DNA from: an uncultured Clostridia bacterium
GTDB taxonomy: Bacteria > Bacillota > Clostridia > Lutisporales > Lutisporaceae
Reading direction: 5' to 3'
Assembly (NCBI GenBank): GCA_937930535.1
Contig: CALGKJ010000043.1
Coordinates: 1 to 32,000 of the forward strand
DNA: 32,000 nucleotides
Shown: positions 16,878-25,692 of the stretch, piece by piece
How the letters are laid out: every line of letters begins with the position of its first letter
How positions within the stretch are numbered: the stretch's first letter is position 1
Notes under the pieces: generated by a model
The model's input: only the letters and a program-made list of their open reading frames with translations
Databases searched by the model: none
Told to the model about the DNA's origin: nothing
Translations under genes and position numbers: made by a program

Positions 16878-19800
16878 TCATTTTACCTTAATCTCTTTAA
16901 AAGTATCAATCCTATCTACACCGATACTTCTTGCTTTATCTCCAACAGTATTTAATCCTCCATTTTGCAATAGCTCATTATCAATCAACTTTTGTTGAGC
17001 AGTTCTAGTAGCCGTTCCACTTTTCACTTCAATTCCAACAATTGAGCCGTCTGGTTTTCTAGCTACAATATCATACCTTCTCAAAGTACCATCTGCTCCC
17101 CTTACTGATATTTCTGTACCGAGTATATCATATCCTTTATATGTTGCGTCATTTTTTATGATATCCATAGCTTTATCAACTCCAGGAGTCCCAGGTACTG
17201 TTCCAGTCTTTCCTGCGAACCGACCTTTTGAATCTCTTATGCTACCATCTGGGTACTGCTTTAGTCCATTAGCTTCAGCCGCCCCCTTAGTACTCTTACC
17301 TATACCCTTACCTTCGTTTATTAATTTAGTTACATTCTTGCTTGGCTCTCTTCTTGTATCTACAACTTCAGCAATATTTCCTTTATACTCATACATTTCG
17401 CCAACTTTAACAGGTTTTGTTTTAGGTACTCCTAAGTCCTCTTTTTCAACCCATTCGACAGTTCCATCATATAACAATATCCATGGATTTATTTCGCCGT
17501 GAATTTGCAAGCGTTTTCCTTTACGTTCTAGCTTAAATTTCTTAAACCTGAACCTTTGCAAAAGCTTAGCAATTAAATTATCTAGCTTTTTGACACCTTT
17601 TATAAGTCCCTTCTGTAAGCTCTTTATTATTAGCTTGCCGTTTTGTATTATCATACTACCGCTTCGAGATACTAACTTTGTACCTGATTTTAGTAGTTTT
17701 TTGATGCTTTTTGCTGCTTTTTTTATACCCTCTTTTGTTCTTGTAGCAGCAGCTTTCATTTTTGTCTTTACTGATGATTTTGCACTCTTTAATCCCGCTC
17801 CTGCTTTCTCTAATCCTTTTCCTACTCCCCTAAAGATTAACTCCATTGCTAATTCTACAAGCCCCATTGCTAATGCTGTTGCAAGTGATACAGCAGCAAC
17901 TGGTATATTCTTCGCCCATCCCTGAGTCAGATATTTTTCTACGTATACTGCCGCTTTTGTTATAGTGTCTACTATAGATACTACTGCGGATGCATTCATT
18001 ATATTTACTATTGCACTTATGATAGTAGGCAGAGCAGCTGTTATTGCACCTCCAGTTATAATTTCTAGTACCACAATTCCAGCTAATGCACCGATTACTC
18101 CAAGTAGAATTTTAGCCCAGTTGTCTTTTAGCCATTTTATTACAAATTGTTTTATTTGGTCAAGTACTTTTGCACCGTTTTCAGCACGCATTTTCACTTC
18201 GTCTACAATGTTCATATCTGTTTTTTTGTTTGCTTTGTCCACGTCAAATTCATTTGCTATTGTATCTATTGTATATGGATTATTACTTCCTTGTATTTCT
18301 CTTACTTCTCCATCACGTAGATTTAGACTTTCAATGAATTCAGGATCCATTTGTCCAGACATTATAGGGTCAACCGCTATGTCATCTTCTGTTAACTTTT
18401 CATTTTCTCCAGTGGACTCATTATTTATTGTCTCAGTTTCAGCTATATCTTCGTTTTCAGCTTGTCCCATGGGTTTTGATAAATCTACACCTATTAACTG
18501 TTCCCATATAGCACCTTCTATGTGAGATAATGATTCTTTTGCTGCCTGACCCAAAGCTCCTATACGCTCCATTATGTCTGCATAATTTCCAGTGATAATG
18601 TCACCAATTATAGTAAATATACTGTTATACAAGGATTGGATTGCACCAAAAAGTCCATCCAGCGTTGATGCGAGAAAATCAAGTACTTTAGTTATGCCTT
18701 TTTGAAGCATATCAGCGGCTGTATTTACAAACTTTATAGCATTATTTACTTTCTCATCAATTTTGCTGCATATTTTCTGAGCTATCTTAGGGAATTTTGC
18801 AAATACCACTTTTACAAGTTCTTTTAAGAATTTGCCTAGTTCTTTTATGATGTTAACAATTAGCTTACGCCCAGCCTCAATAATAGTTTTGACAACTTGC
18901 TTAGCTTTATCAAATATAATTTTTACTGCTTTACGCAAAACATTGTATATAGCATTTATTGCGTTCTTAATTCCATCAAGAAACTTCTTAGCTTTTTCTT
19001 TAACCCAGCTCCAGAATCCGCCTTTCTCTTTTTCTTTTTCCCCATCCTGCCGTTTCTTATCTGCGTCCTTTTTAGCTTTTTTAGTTTCATTTTGTGCGTC
19101 TTTTTCTGCATTTACTAGTTCCTTTTTAACTTCACTTTCTTTTTGTGTCTTAATATTTCCTATCTCACTTTTCTTACTTTCGGATGCCTTATTTGCCAGT
19201 TGATCATATTCTGCAACTGAATTGTTTATTTCAGTTCTCCATTCACCTCTTAACTTATCTACTTCACTTTTTGTACTTGCTTGCTCTGCAAGCTGTTTTT
19301 CCCTTGTTTCAAGTTTTTGCTGTTCAATTTGCGAATCTGTATCTGCTTTTGTAGCAATTACATCAGTATCAAATTTTTCTTTGCCTTTCTGATATTCATT
19401 TCTCTTTTCTGTCATTTGCTTATTAAGTCCCGGACTTAATGACTTATTCAGATGTACTGCTATATCATTTGAAATAGGTGTTGTTTTTGGCACTTGTACA
19501 GAAGGTGAAGTCACTGCTTGTATACCTTTTTGTGACTTCAACATTGTAGTGGTTTCCTGAGGATATATGTTATTCTCACCGAAGTCACTATTTACAAGAC
19601 CTAATTCTGCTTGCTTAGCAGCTTTCACATTTTGGTCAGACTCAGTTTTAAACCCAGTTATCTGTGATGGATCTGCTTCTCCATCCATACTGATTTTGGG
19701 GGACTGTGTAGATAGTGCTCGTGCTTCAGCCATTATTGTATCCGGGTCAGGCTCACCATTTGTATTTGTTTTAAATTCACTTAGCATTCCCTCATACAAT

Positions 19801-20927
19801 TTTCCGCTAGACTTCTGGCTCTTAAAACCATTAATAGCTGCGTGTTTGATAGGATTTAATTTCTTACCTGCTTTGCCTGTCATCTTCTTAGCTTGAAGTC
19901 CTGTAGGAGCAGATATTTGCGGTATAATCTTCTGTGTATTTTCTCTTTGTTTTTCTAGTGCTCCACGAGAAAGAGCTGCTGCTTGCGAATAAGCATCTGA
20001 TATTGCAGTAGGCGGAACATTTCCAAGCTGTTCTAAAATCTGTGCAGGGTCTTCTCCTTTAATCTTTACTGCTTGCTCTTTTGAAGGTTCCTTTGATTTC
20101 TTTTCAGAGAGTGTTGATGTAATTTCCTTAAAGGAATTTGACCATGTTTCCTTATTGTCTTGCTGATTGCTTGACTTACCGTCTTTGGTTATCTTATTCT
20201 CTTTTTCTTGGGAGTCTTCCTTTTGTATAGATTTTGTCTCTTCTTTTTCCTCTTTTGCTTTAGGAGCTTTCTTTTGTTCAGCTTCTACTGCTTCATAATT
20301 TCCTCCCATATCATCAGGAGTTTTCTCTACCTTATTTACCTGCGGTGTGTTATTATCCTTTTTTGCTTTTTTGTCTGCTGCTGGTGTATTATTATCAGCT
20401 TCTTTCTCTTTAGCAGGTAGGGCTTGTTTATCTTGTGGTGAAGCCTCCTTTGCTTCTGCTGGAGCATCTTTAGTTTTTTCAACTTTATCTGTGTCAGTAT
20501 TTTTCTTATCGCTTGCTTCAACAACTTCCGATGATTCTTGAATTACTTCTTGTGCTTTGCTTTCTGATTTACTTTGACCAGTTGGAGTTACAGCATCATT
20601 GGCTGTCATTTCATTAGGTTGTTCAGCCTTTTCTCCTGCAACGTTCTGCTTCCCAGTATTTTGTTGAGATTGGGCTTTTTGAGCTTCATGCTTCTTTTTA
20701 ATCTGAATTAGCAATTTTATAACAGCTCTGTTTCCTATTGTGTTTTGAAGCACCACCATATCCTCACGGGATAAGGTTTCAGGCTTCAAACGAATACGCT
20801 GTATTATTTCTAGTGGGTCAGCTTTATGTTTTATTGGAGTTTTCATAGCAAGTTTATTCTGTGCCTTATTTATATTTTTATCTAAAGAATTATCTTTTGG
20901 CTTTTCTACTGCTTTCATTTTCTGCAT
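16878..20927 (-). CDS. 1349-aa polymorphic-toxin-like protein with four regions: N-terminal LQxTIGNRAV motif, K/E/Q/A-rich low-complexity and coiled-coil region, hydrophobic multi-helix segment, C-terminal PD-(D/E)xK-like nuclease module
   Basis: aa 60-73 LQNTIGNRAVIKLL (20709-20750). aa ~80-650 is charged and low-complexity. Hydrophobic helices ILLGVIGALAGIVVLEIITGGAITAALPTIISAIV...VAAVSLATALAMGLVELAMELIF lie at ~17821-18112. C-terminus ...RDSKGRFAGKTG...GTLRRYDIVARKPDGSIVGIEVKSGTATRTAQQKLIDNEL carries a D...E-x-K...Q pattern. Confidence 0.7.
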   Translation of the reverse strand: MQKMKAVEKPKDNSLDKNINKAQNKLAMKTPIKHKADPLEIIQRIRLKPETLSREDMVVLQNTIGNRAVIKLLIQIKKKHEAQKAQSQQNTGKQNVAGEKAEQPNEMTANDAVTPTGQSKSESKAQEVIQESSEVVEASDKKNTDTDKVEKTKDAPAEAKEASPQDKQALPAKEKEADNNTPAADKKAKKDNNTPQVNKVEKTPDDMGGNYEAVEAEQKKAPKAKEEKEETKSIQKEDSQEKENKITKDGKSSNQQDNKETWSNSFKEITSTLSEKKSKEPSKEQAVKIKGEDPAQILEQLGNVPPTAISDAYSQAAALSRGALEKQRENTQKIIPQISAPTGLQAKKMTGKAGKKLNPIKHAAINGFKSQKSSGKLYEGMLSEFKTNTNGEPDPDTIMAEARALSTQSPKISMDGEADPSQITGFKTESDQNVKAAKQAELGLVNSDFGENNIYPQETTTMLKSQKGIQAVTSPSVQVPKTTPISNDIAVHLNKSLSPGLNKQMTEKRNEYQKGKEKFDTDVIATKADTDSQIEQQKLETREKQLAEQASTKSEVDKLRGEWRTEINNSVAEYDQLANKASESKKSEIGNIKTQKESEVKKELVNAEKDAQNETKKAKKDADKKRQDGEKEKEKGGFWSWVKEKAKKFLDGIKNAINAIYNVLRKAVKIIFDKAKQVVKTIIEAGRKLIVNIIKELGKFLKELVKVVFAKFPKIAQKICSKIDEKVNNAIKFVNTAADMLQKGITKVLDFLASTLDGLFGAIQSLYNSIFTIIGDIITGNYADIMERIGALGQAAKESLSHIEGAIWEQLIGVDLSKPMGQAENEDIAETETINNESTGENEKLTEDDIAVDPIMSGQMDPEFIESLNLRDGEVREIQGSNNPYTIDTIANEFDVDKANKKTDMNIVDEVKMRAENGAKVLDQIKQFVIKWLKDNWAKILLGVIGALAGIVVLEIITGGAITAALPTIISAIVNIMNASAVVSIVDTITKAAVYVEKYLTQGWAKNIPVAAVSLATALAMGLVELAMELIFRGVGKGLEKAGAGLKSAKSSVKTKMKAAATRTKEGIKKAAKSIKKLLKSGTKLVSRSGSMIIQNGKLIIKSLQKGLIKGVKKLDNLIAKLLQRFRFKKFKLERKGKRLQIHGEINPWILLYDGTVEWVEKEDLGVPKTKPVKVGEMYEYKGNIAEVVDTRREPSKNVTKLINEGKGIGKSTKGAAEANGLKQYPDGSIRDSKGRFAGKTGTVPGTPGVDKAMDIIKNDATYKGYDILGTEISVRGADGTLRRYDIVARKPDGSIVGIEVKSGTATRTAQQKLIDNELLQNGGLNTVGDKARSIGVDRIDTFKEIKVK

Positions 20928-21241
20928 TTTCAGTTCTCCTCTCTATAAAGGAGCCGCTTACCAGCTATCCTCTATTTTTGCATGAGTTTGCCTTTTTAAC
21001 ACCTTCACTCATATATATATAGGAGATTTGAGATTGATTTTTACAGCCAAATTTTCAATTTATTATTGCTGAATTTTATATGTACAAATATTTATATCTT
21101 TTATCGCGATAAAAATAGAGATTACATCCAATTATATAATCTCTCTTATTTTTAACTTATTTATTAGACCTGTGTAGTAAAAGGGGAAATTTCAAGAAAC
21201 AAGCCCTAACTTGGTAATACATAGAGCTTTAATATATCTAC

Positions 21242-21660
21242 TTAGTGCACCTTAGTATACAAATTTACAATTTCAACCACATATTGTTGATAAAAACACC
21301 CTATTGTGTCTCCTATGGTCTTTAATCCTAAATTTTCACCTTGGTACTCTAAGAGTTCTAGTAATATATGGGTCACAAAAACCATGCTCCAGTATCTTTT
21401 AATAGATGTTAAAGACTCCACTTGATACTGGTCAAAATCTAGCGAATTCTTATGATATCTTTAACTAACCTCTATATCCCAAAGGTTTTTATAGTATTCT
21501 AATATAGCTTTACTATCAAGATTTACATCTGTGCTTATAATATATGATGCCTTATCAGATATATCTGTTTTGCTCCAACATATAAAATTTACTGCATTTT
21601 TAAGGTCATTGATCTTTCCTTCATAACGATATTCGTAATATTTATCGTTACCTGCTCCAG
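21242..21660 (-). pseudogene. DDE transposase (IS4/IS701-like) C-terminal fragment with an internal stop
   Basis: The minus strand reads ...SKAILEYYKNLWDIEVS*RYHKNSLDFDQYQVESLTSIKRYWSMVFVTHILLE..., matching the YxxRWxIExxF(K/R)xxKxxLxLDxxQxRS..I.R block of DDE transposases. There is no N-terminal half. Confidence 0.6.
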
Positions 21661-21670
21661 CTTCTCCAAT

Positions 21671-21796
21671 CTAAAAAAGAATATTGTCAATGGTATCATA
21701 AGCTTCTGCTTCCTCTATTCCATTAACCTGTTTATATATTTTAAAGAGTGCTTGAAGCTTTTTAGGAGTACAGCTCCAAAACTGCTCCTCTGTCAT
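21671..21796 (-). CDS. 41-aa phage-tail-module remnant ORF
   Basis: MTEEQFWSCTPKKLQALFKIYKQVNGIEEAEAYDTIDNILF*. Located just downstream of the tail chaperone gene, where a second chaperone or the tape-measure gene would start. It is cut off at the transposase fragment. Confidence 0.3.
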   Translation of the reverse strand: MTEEQFWSCTPKKLQALFKIYKQVNGIEEAEAYDTIDNILF

Positions 21797-21861
21797 TTTT
21801 AATAGATTAGTCGCTAAATACAAAAGCCACTCCCACGACCATGCTTGCTCATTGGAATGGC

Positions 21862-22188
21862 TTATGCTTCCCCCATATTTTCTTCTACCCCTGGCATTGC
21901 TGTATTAAGTGCTTCATTGATGGCTATACCTAATCTTTCTAAATCATTGACACCTAGCTTCTCACCTACTTCCATTAAGGTAGCAGTATCATCTTCAACC
22001 TTTACCGCCGCATATATCAAGGCTCGTATTGCTTTAATCTTCATGTTTTGTAAATCCTCAAAGGCTTTGTTTAGGTCCCCATAGATTTCCTCAAGCTCGC
22101 AAAAGACGTTCATATTGAGCTTTAGGCTGTATTCCGTATCACCTAATGTGAACTTGATACCTTTGTTTTTTAAGTCCACTGCTTTCAT
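21862..22188 (-). CDS. Phage tail assembly chaperone
   Basis: MKAVDLKNKGIKFTLGDTEYSLKLNMNVFCELEEIYGDLNKAFEDL... is typical of siphovirus tail chaperones. GGAGGTAAAACAA-ATG at 22186-22188 is preferred to the upstream ATG at 22266. Confidence 0.65.
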   Translation of the reverse strand: MKAVDLKNKGIKFTLGDTEYSLKLNMNVFCELEEIYGDLNKAFEDLQNMKIKAIRALIYAAVKVEDDTATLMEVGEKLGVNDLERLGIAINEALNTAMPGVEENMGEA

Positions 22189-22216
22189 TTGTTTTACCTC
22201 CAATCTGTTTTTGGGT

Positions 22217-22247
22217 ATAAAAAAACAGGGAGTTTTTGTTCCCTGTT
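22217..22247 (-). terminator. Rho-independent terminator after the TIM-barrel gene
   Basis: Minus strand: aacaggga-acaaaaac-tccctgtt, followed by TTTTTTTATACC. Confidence 0.7.
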
Positions 22248-22288
22248 GGTTTGTAGTATATATCAATATGCAATCCTTTTGTAAAATC

Positions 22289-23017
22289 CTATCTTTCCAT
22301 AAATATCTTTTGTATTATATCCTTAGATTTGATAATTTCCTCATCTGTATTAACTACTTCAAATATTATTTTTCCATCATAACCCTTTAAATAATTTTGA
22401 AAGATTAATTCGAAATTCAGTTCACCTTGTCCTATCGGAATATGCTCATGCTCTACATTAAATCGTTTATCTGCAATATGTAAGCATTTAGGGAATTTAA
22501 CGTTAATTATTTCCTGCAAATGATTATAGTTATCTATGTGTGCAATATCAAGAAGCAACTCAACATCAGGATTTCTATCAAATACTATTTTTAAGTCGCT
22601 AGGTGTATAATTAATCTTATCAATCACACTATTGTTTTCAATATATAACTTAATATTATCCTTTTTAAGCAGCTGATTTGTTTTATAAATATTCTCAGCA
22701 AGTATATTTATTGTTTCAGAATCTACTGGATGTTCTTCGCAAACAGGATGTATAATTACCTCCTTGTGATTTAGATATTTTAATATTCTAATTAATTCGT
22801 TATTATATTTATCATAATCATTAATATCATAAACAGCATGAATTATTGCTGGAAATTTACAATCTAGTATATATTTTTCTTTGGGGCATAATACCTTATC
22901 AAGTACTAGCTCACCTTTCGCAAACCAGATTTGCATAAAGTCAAATTTATTGGATTTTGAAAACTCTATTTCATCTTGATAATTATTAAACCACCTTATA
23001 CTTCTTCCATACTCCAC
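22289..23017 (-). CDS. Xylose-isomerase-like TIM-barrel protein (sugar phosphate isomerase/epimerase or AP-endonuclease-2 fold)
   Basis: Pattern KFDFMQIWF...IIHAVYD...VIIHPV...LYIENNS...LLLDIAHI...LHIADK...EHIPIGQGELNF is characteristic of the AP_endonuc_2 / xylose isomerase-like TIM-barrel family. GTG start. Confidence 0.7.
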   Translation of the reverse strand: MEYGRSIRWFNNYQDEIEFSKSNKFDFMQIWFAKGELVLDKVLCPKEKYILDCKFPAIIHAVYDINDYDKYNNELIRILKYLNHKEVIIHPVCEEHPVDSETINILAENIYKTNQLLKKDNIKLYIENNSVIDKINYTPSDLKIVFDRNPDVELLLDIAHIDNYNHLQEIINVKFPKCLHIADKRFNVEHEHIPIGQGELNFELIFQNYLKGYDGKIIFEVVNTDEEIIKSKDIIQKIFMER

Positions 23018-23065
23018 TATATTTTCACTATCCTTTTTATAAGCTTTATTGTCTAAAACTATAAC

Positions 23066-23629
23066 CTATCTAGTATTCTGCCATATATTTAACATCTTTC
23101 TTACTCTATCTCTTACATCTATTGGTAAATTACCTTCTACGGCTCTTTCTAACAAAAGCGGTTTCTTTATTCCGTTTGATAGTATATAATTTTCTATCAT
23201 ATTAACCTTTAGCTCTCTCCTAGGTATTAGCTGATAAATTACATACCAATCTTCTAATGATGTGAATGGAATATCTATTCCATTTATTTTTCTATATTCA
23301 GAAATAGAATTATAATCAAAAACGTATTTGAATACTCCGCTCTTATGATTGATTCTAAGTCCTGCCATTACATCAACATCAACTTGATTTATTATGTACT
23401 CATAGAAATATTCTGTAGAATATACATCTACCCTCTCCAATTTTTTCCTTACTCCAATGCTTTTAAGGATATCATCAGTTCTATCTATATCATTAATATC
23501 AACTAATATATCTATATCATTGGGATCATCTATAAAGCCAAATTGATTTAGTAATATTGAAGCACCAACACCCCATACTATATTTGATTTATTTAGTTTT
23601 TCTCCTAAATAAGCTAAAGTATTAAACAA
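23066..23629 (-). CDS. Small nucleotidyltransferase-fold protein (ANT(2'')/Lnu-like architecture)
   Basis: IVWGVGASILLNQFGFIDDPNDIDILVD matches the Pol-beta NTase motif G-[GS]-x(n)-DxD. The C-terminal IPFTSLEDWYVIYQLI resembles small antibiotic and substrate adenylyltransferases. TTG start, and there is no in-frame ATG nearby. Confidence 0.6.
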   Translation of the reverse strand: MFNTLAYLGEKLNKSNIVWGVGASILLNQFGFIDDPNDIDILVDINDIDRTDDILKSIGVRKKLERVDVYSTEYFYEYIINQVDVDVMAGLRINHKSGVFKYVFDYNSISEYRKINGIDIPFTSLEDWYVIYQLIPRRELKVNMIENYILSNGIKKPLLLERAVEGNLPIDVRDRVRKMLNIWQNTR

Positions 23630-23684
23630 ATTTTCTTCACACCTTACTCTTAATGTTTTTCAACTACAAATTTTTTATTACATT

Positions 23685-24162
23685 CTACCATATAATTCTA
23701 CAATCAACAATATCTACAGCATCCGCATCTCCAACAAAACGATAATTCCCATCATAGTCTCTAGCATAGAAAGTCCCCTTTAGCTTTGCACTCTTTGGCT
23801 GTGGCTTCTCCCCTTCAACAGCCATACAAATCTATACTTCCCATTGTTCTTCTTAGATTAAAACGCTAGTGCAATAGTAGGCGGTATATTATCCTTGCTC
23901 TCAATCAAATCCCCTTTATAACCTTCGCTCTGCTCTAAAGGTATAACTGATTAATTTCTATTTCAACATCCACACCTTCAAAGGATGTTACAACATCTTC
24001 AACGCTATCTTCAGAGTAAATGTTCTCCGAATTTGACTTAGGTGTGAGCTTGGCATTTATTGCCCTTTCAAGCTTTTTAGGTACATTATAAGTAGCTCCT
24101 GTATTATAATCCTTAGTAAGTGCCGCTATATGTATATCTCTCAATCCTATTTGTCTTGCCAT
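23685..24162 (-). pseudogene. Phage major tail protein (phi13-like), multiply frameshifted
   Basis: N-terminus MARQIGLRDIHIAALTKDYNTGATYNVPKKLERAINAKLTP... The rest is recoverable only by switching frames: ..LEQSEGYKGDLIESKDNIPPTIALAF*, ..SKKNNGKYRFVWLLKG.., ..EGEKPQPKSAKLKGTFYARDYDGNYRF... Confidence 0.7.
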
Positions 24163-24300
24163 CTAGTCTATCTCCGTTTCTTCTATATAAATAGTGATAA
24201 AGTTTTTACATTGACGAAATTATGAGACACTATTTACATCTGATAGAAAGCGCATGTTTTATAATATTCCGATGTAAGTTCATTGGCACTTTCTATATAA

Positions 24301-24342
24301 ATAAAAAAACAGGGGTGATTAAAACATGAACTGCTCCCTGTT
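24301..24342 (-). terminator. Rho-independent terminator after the TA operon
   Basis: Minus strand: aacaggg..ccctgtt stem, followed by TTTTTTTATTT, 12 nt after the toxin stop. Confidence 0.6.
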
Positions 24343-24353
24343 ACCAGTTTTAT

Positions 24354-24668
24354 TTATATTAGACTCAGCCAGTCTCTTCTATTATATAGTATTCTTATAA
24401 TTGTAACTGTTTTGCTTTCCTCAGTAACAATATAAAATATAATATAGTTATCTACGATTATTTTTCGTATACCTTTATATGCTAATCTTTTGTCTGATAC
24501 TAATGCATTTCTTAAGGGCATAACCTCTAAAGAGTTAATACCTTGAGCAATTTTTGTAATTACCTTTCTTGCAACTTCAGGCTCTAAAAGTTCTTTAGAT
24601 ATATAGGAAACAATTGCTTGTAAATCTATTTCAGCAGGTTCAGTGATTTGAATATCATAAGTGTTCAT
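24354..24668 (-). CDS. Type II toxin, RelE/ParE superfamily
   Basis: MNTYDIQITEPAEIDLQAIVSYI...IRKIIVDNYIIFYIVTEESKTVTIIRILYNRRDW is a typical ParE/RelE layout. The ATG at 24666-24668 lies 1 nt from the antitoxin stop (TAAAATG). Confidence 0.8.
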   Translation of the reverse strand: MNTYDIQITEPAEIDLQAIVSYISKELLEPEVARKVITKIAQGINSLEVMPLRNALVSDKRLAYKGIRKIIVDNYIIFYIVTEESKTVTIIRILYNRRDWLSLI

Positions 24669-24669
24669 T

Positions 24670-24927
24670 TTATAAATCCTTCTCAATATCTGACAAAGCT
24701 TCTTTAAAAGGTCTTACCTTCTTCTTTCGCATTGCATCTGCACCCTCGTCAAGCAATTTATATAATTCAAATTTGCCTACTAGCTTTTCATAGGTTTCAA
24801 TGCTCATAACTGCTAAGTCTCCCTGTCCATTTTTAGTTATATAGACCGGTTCATTATATTTATGGCAGAACTCTGATATTTCAGTATATTTATTTCTCAA
24901 GTCCGAACTTGGTCTTATTGCTGGCAT
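24670..24927 (-). CDS. Type II antitoxin, Phd/YefM family
   Basis: MPAIRPSSDLRNKYTEISEFCHKYNEPVYITKNGQGDLAVMSIETYEKL is the canonical Phd/YefM N-domain. GGAGGTAATACT-ATG. Confidence 0.8.
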   Translation of the reverse strand: MPAIRPSSDLRNKYTEISEFCHKYNEPVYITKNGQGDLAVMSIETYEKLVGKFELYKLLDEGADAMRKKKVRPFKEALSDIEKDL

Positions 24928-25008
24928 AGTATTACCTCCTAAATATAGATATATCAATATTATATCATTATTTAGATATATTAACCAAGTTTTTTTATGT
25001 TGTTTGAA

Positions 25009-25692
25009 TTAGTGGATCTTTATGTTTACTTCATTAATTAATGAAATAAGCATTTTCAAATCATCTATGACTCTTACAATGTTCTCAAAGGGGTGATGCG
25101 GAAAAATATGCTCCATGTCTGGTTTAACAAACCTATTTCTATCAAAATCATGAAAAATAAATGTTGAGGTGGGATCAGTGCTGTGGGTGTATGAATTTCT
25201 CAAATAATTCCTTACATACAAATGATTACCTGAATTCAAGTAATTAAAAAGCTTCTGTGTATCTTTCTTGTTCCATATTTTCTCACTTCTAATCTTGATT
25301 AACAATTTAAAGATGCTATATTCATTATGCCGTAAAAAACCCACAGCATAGTATTCATTTACAAGCTGTTTATATAAGTCCCAAAGAACCAAAACCCGAT
25401 AAGCTGAATTCTCCAAATAATACGAATACATGTCCTTAATTTCATTTTCATCCAAAGGGCTGTCCAATTCTTGAGCAAGCTTTAAACACTCATTAAGTGA
25501 CAAGCTTATGAATTTTAGAACTTTGTTCATCCTGATTATCCATTCAATGCTATTTCTAATTCTAAACAAAAGCCTTATATCCACTTGAAGCTGTTCTTCC
25601 TTAAATAATCGATGTTCTTCAAAGTATTCTAATGATTCCAAGCTTTCATTGATGTAATTTACTATTTCTTCATCGGTATTAAACCTATCCAT
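25009..25692 (-). CDS. HEPN-like protein (Cthe_2314-type?) with an Rx4H motif
   Basis: The C-terminal YVRNYLRNSYTHSTD contains R-N-S-Y-T-H (Rx4H), in an otherwise all-helical-looking 227-aa protein. The ATG at 25690-25692 is preceded by GGAGGTG. Confidence 0.55.
   Translation of the reverse strand: MDRFNTDEEIVNYINESLESLEYFEEHRLFKEEQLQVDIRLLFRIRNSIEWIIRMNKVLKFISLSLNECLKLAQELDSPLDENEIKDMYSYYLENSAYRVLVLWDLYKQLVNEYYAVGFLRHNEYSIFKLLIKIRSEKIWNKKDTQKLFNYLNSGNHLYVRNYLRNSYTHSTDPTSTFIFHDFDRNRFVKPDMEHIFPHHPFENIVRVIDDLKMLISLINEVNIKIH

Noticed and set aside
17158-20541. Numerous plus-strand ORFs (for example 17158-17502, 17590-17925, 17965-18525, 18832-19203, 19567-19896, 20208-20541) inside the 1349-aa gene.
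   Set aside because: They are antisense shadows of a long, compositionally biased minus-strand gene. Their translations are low-complexity S/F/L-rich strings without start signals.
16878-20927. The 1349-aa protein as an ordinary phage tape-measure protein.
   Set aside because: Its position, size, helicity and hydrophobic block are compatible with a tape-measure protein. But the N-terminal LQxxIGNxAV motif, the nuclease-like tip after a GRF linker and the two trailing immunity-like ORFs fit a toxin better. This is not fully excluded and needs profile searches.
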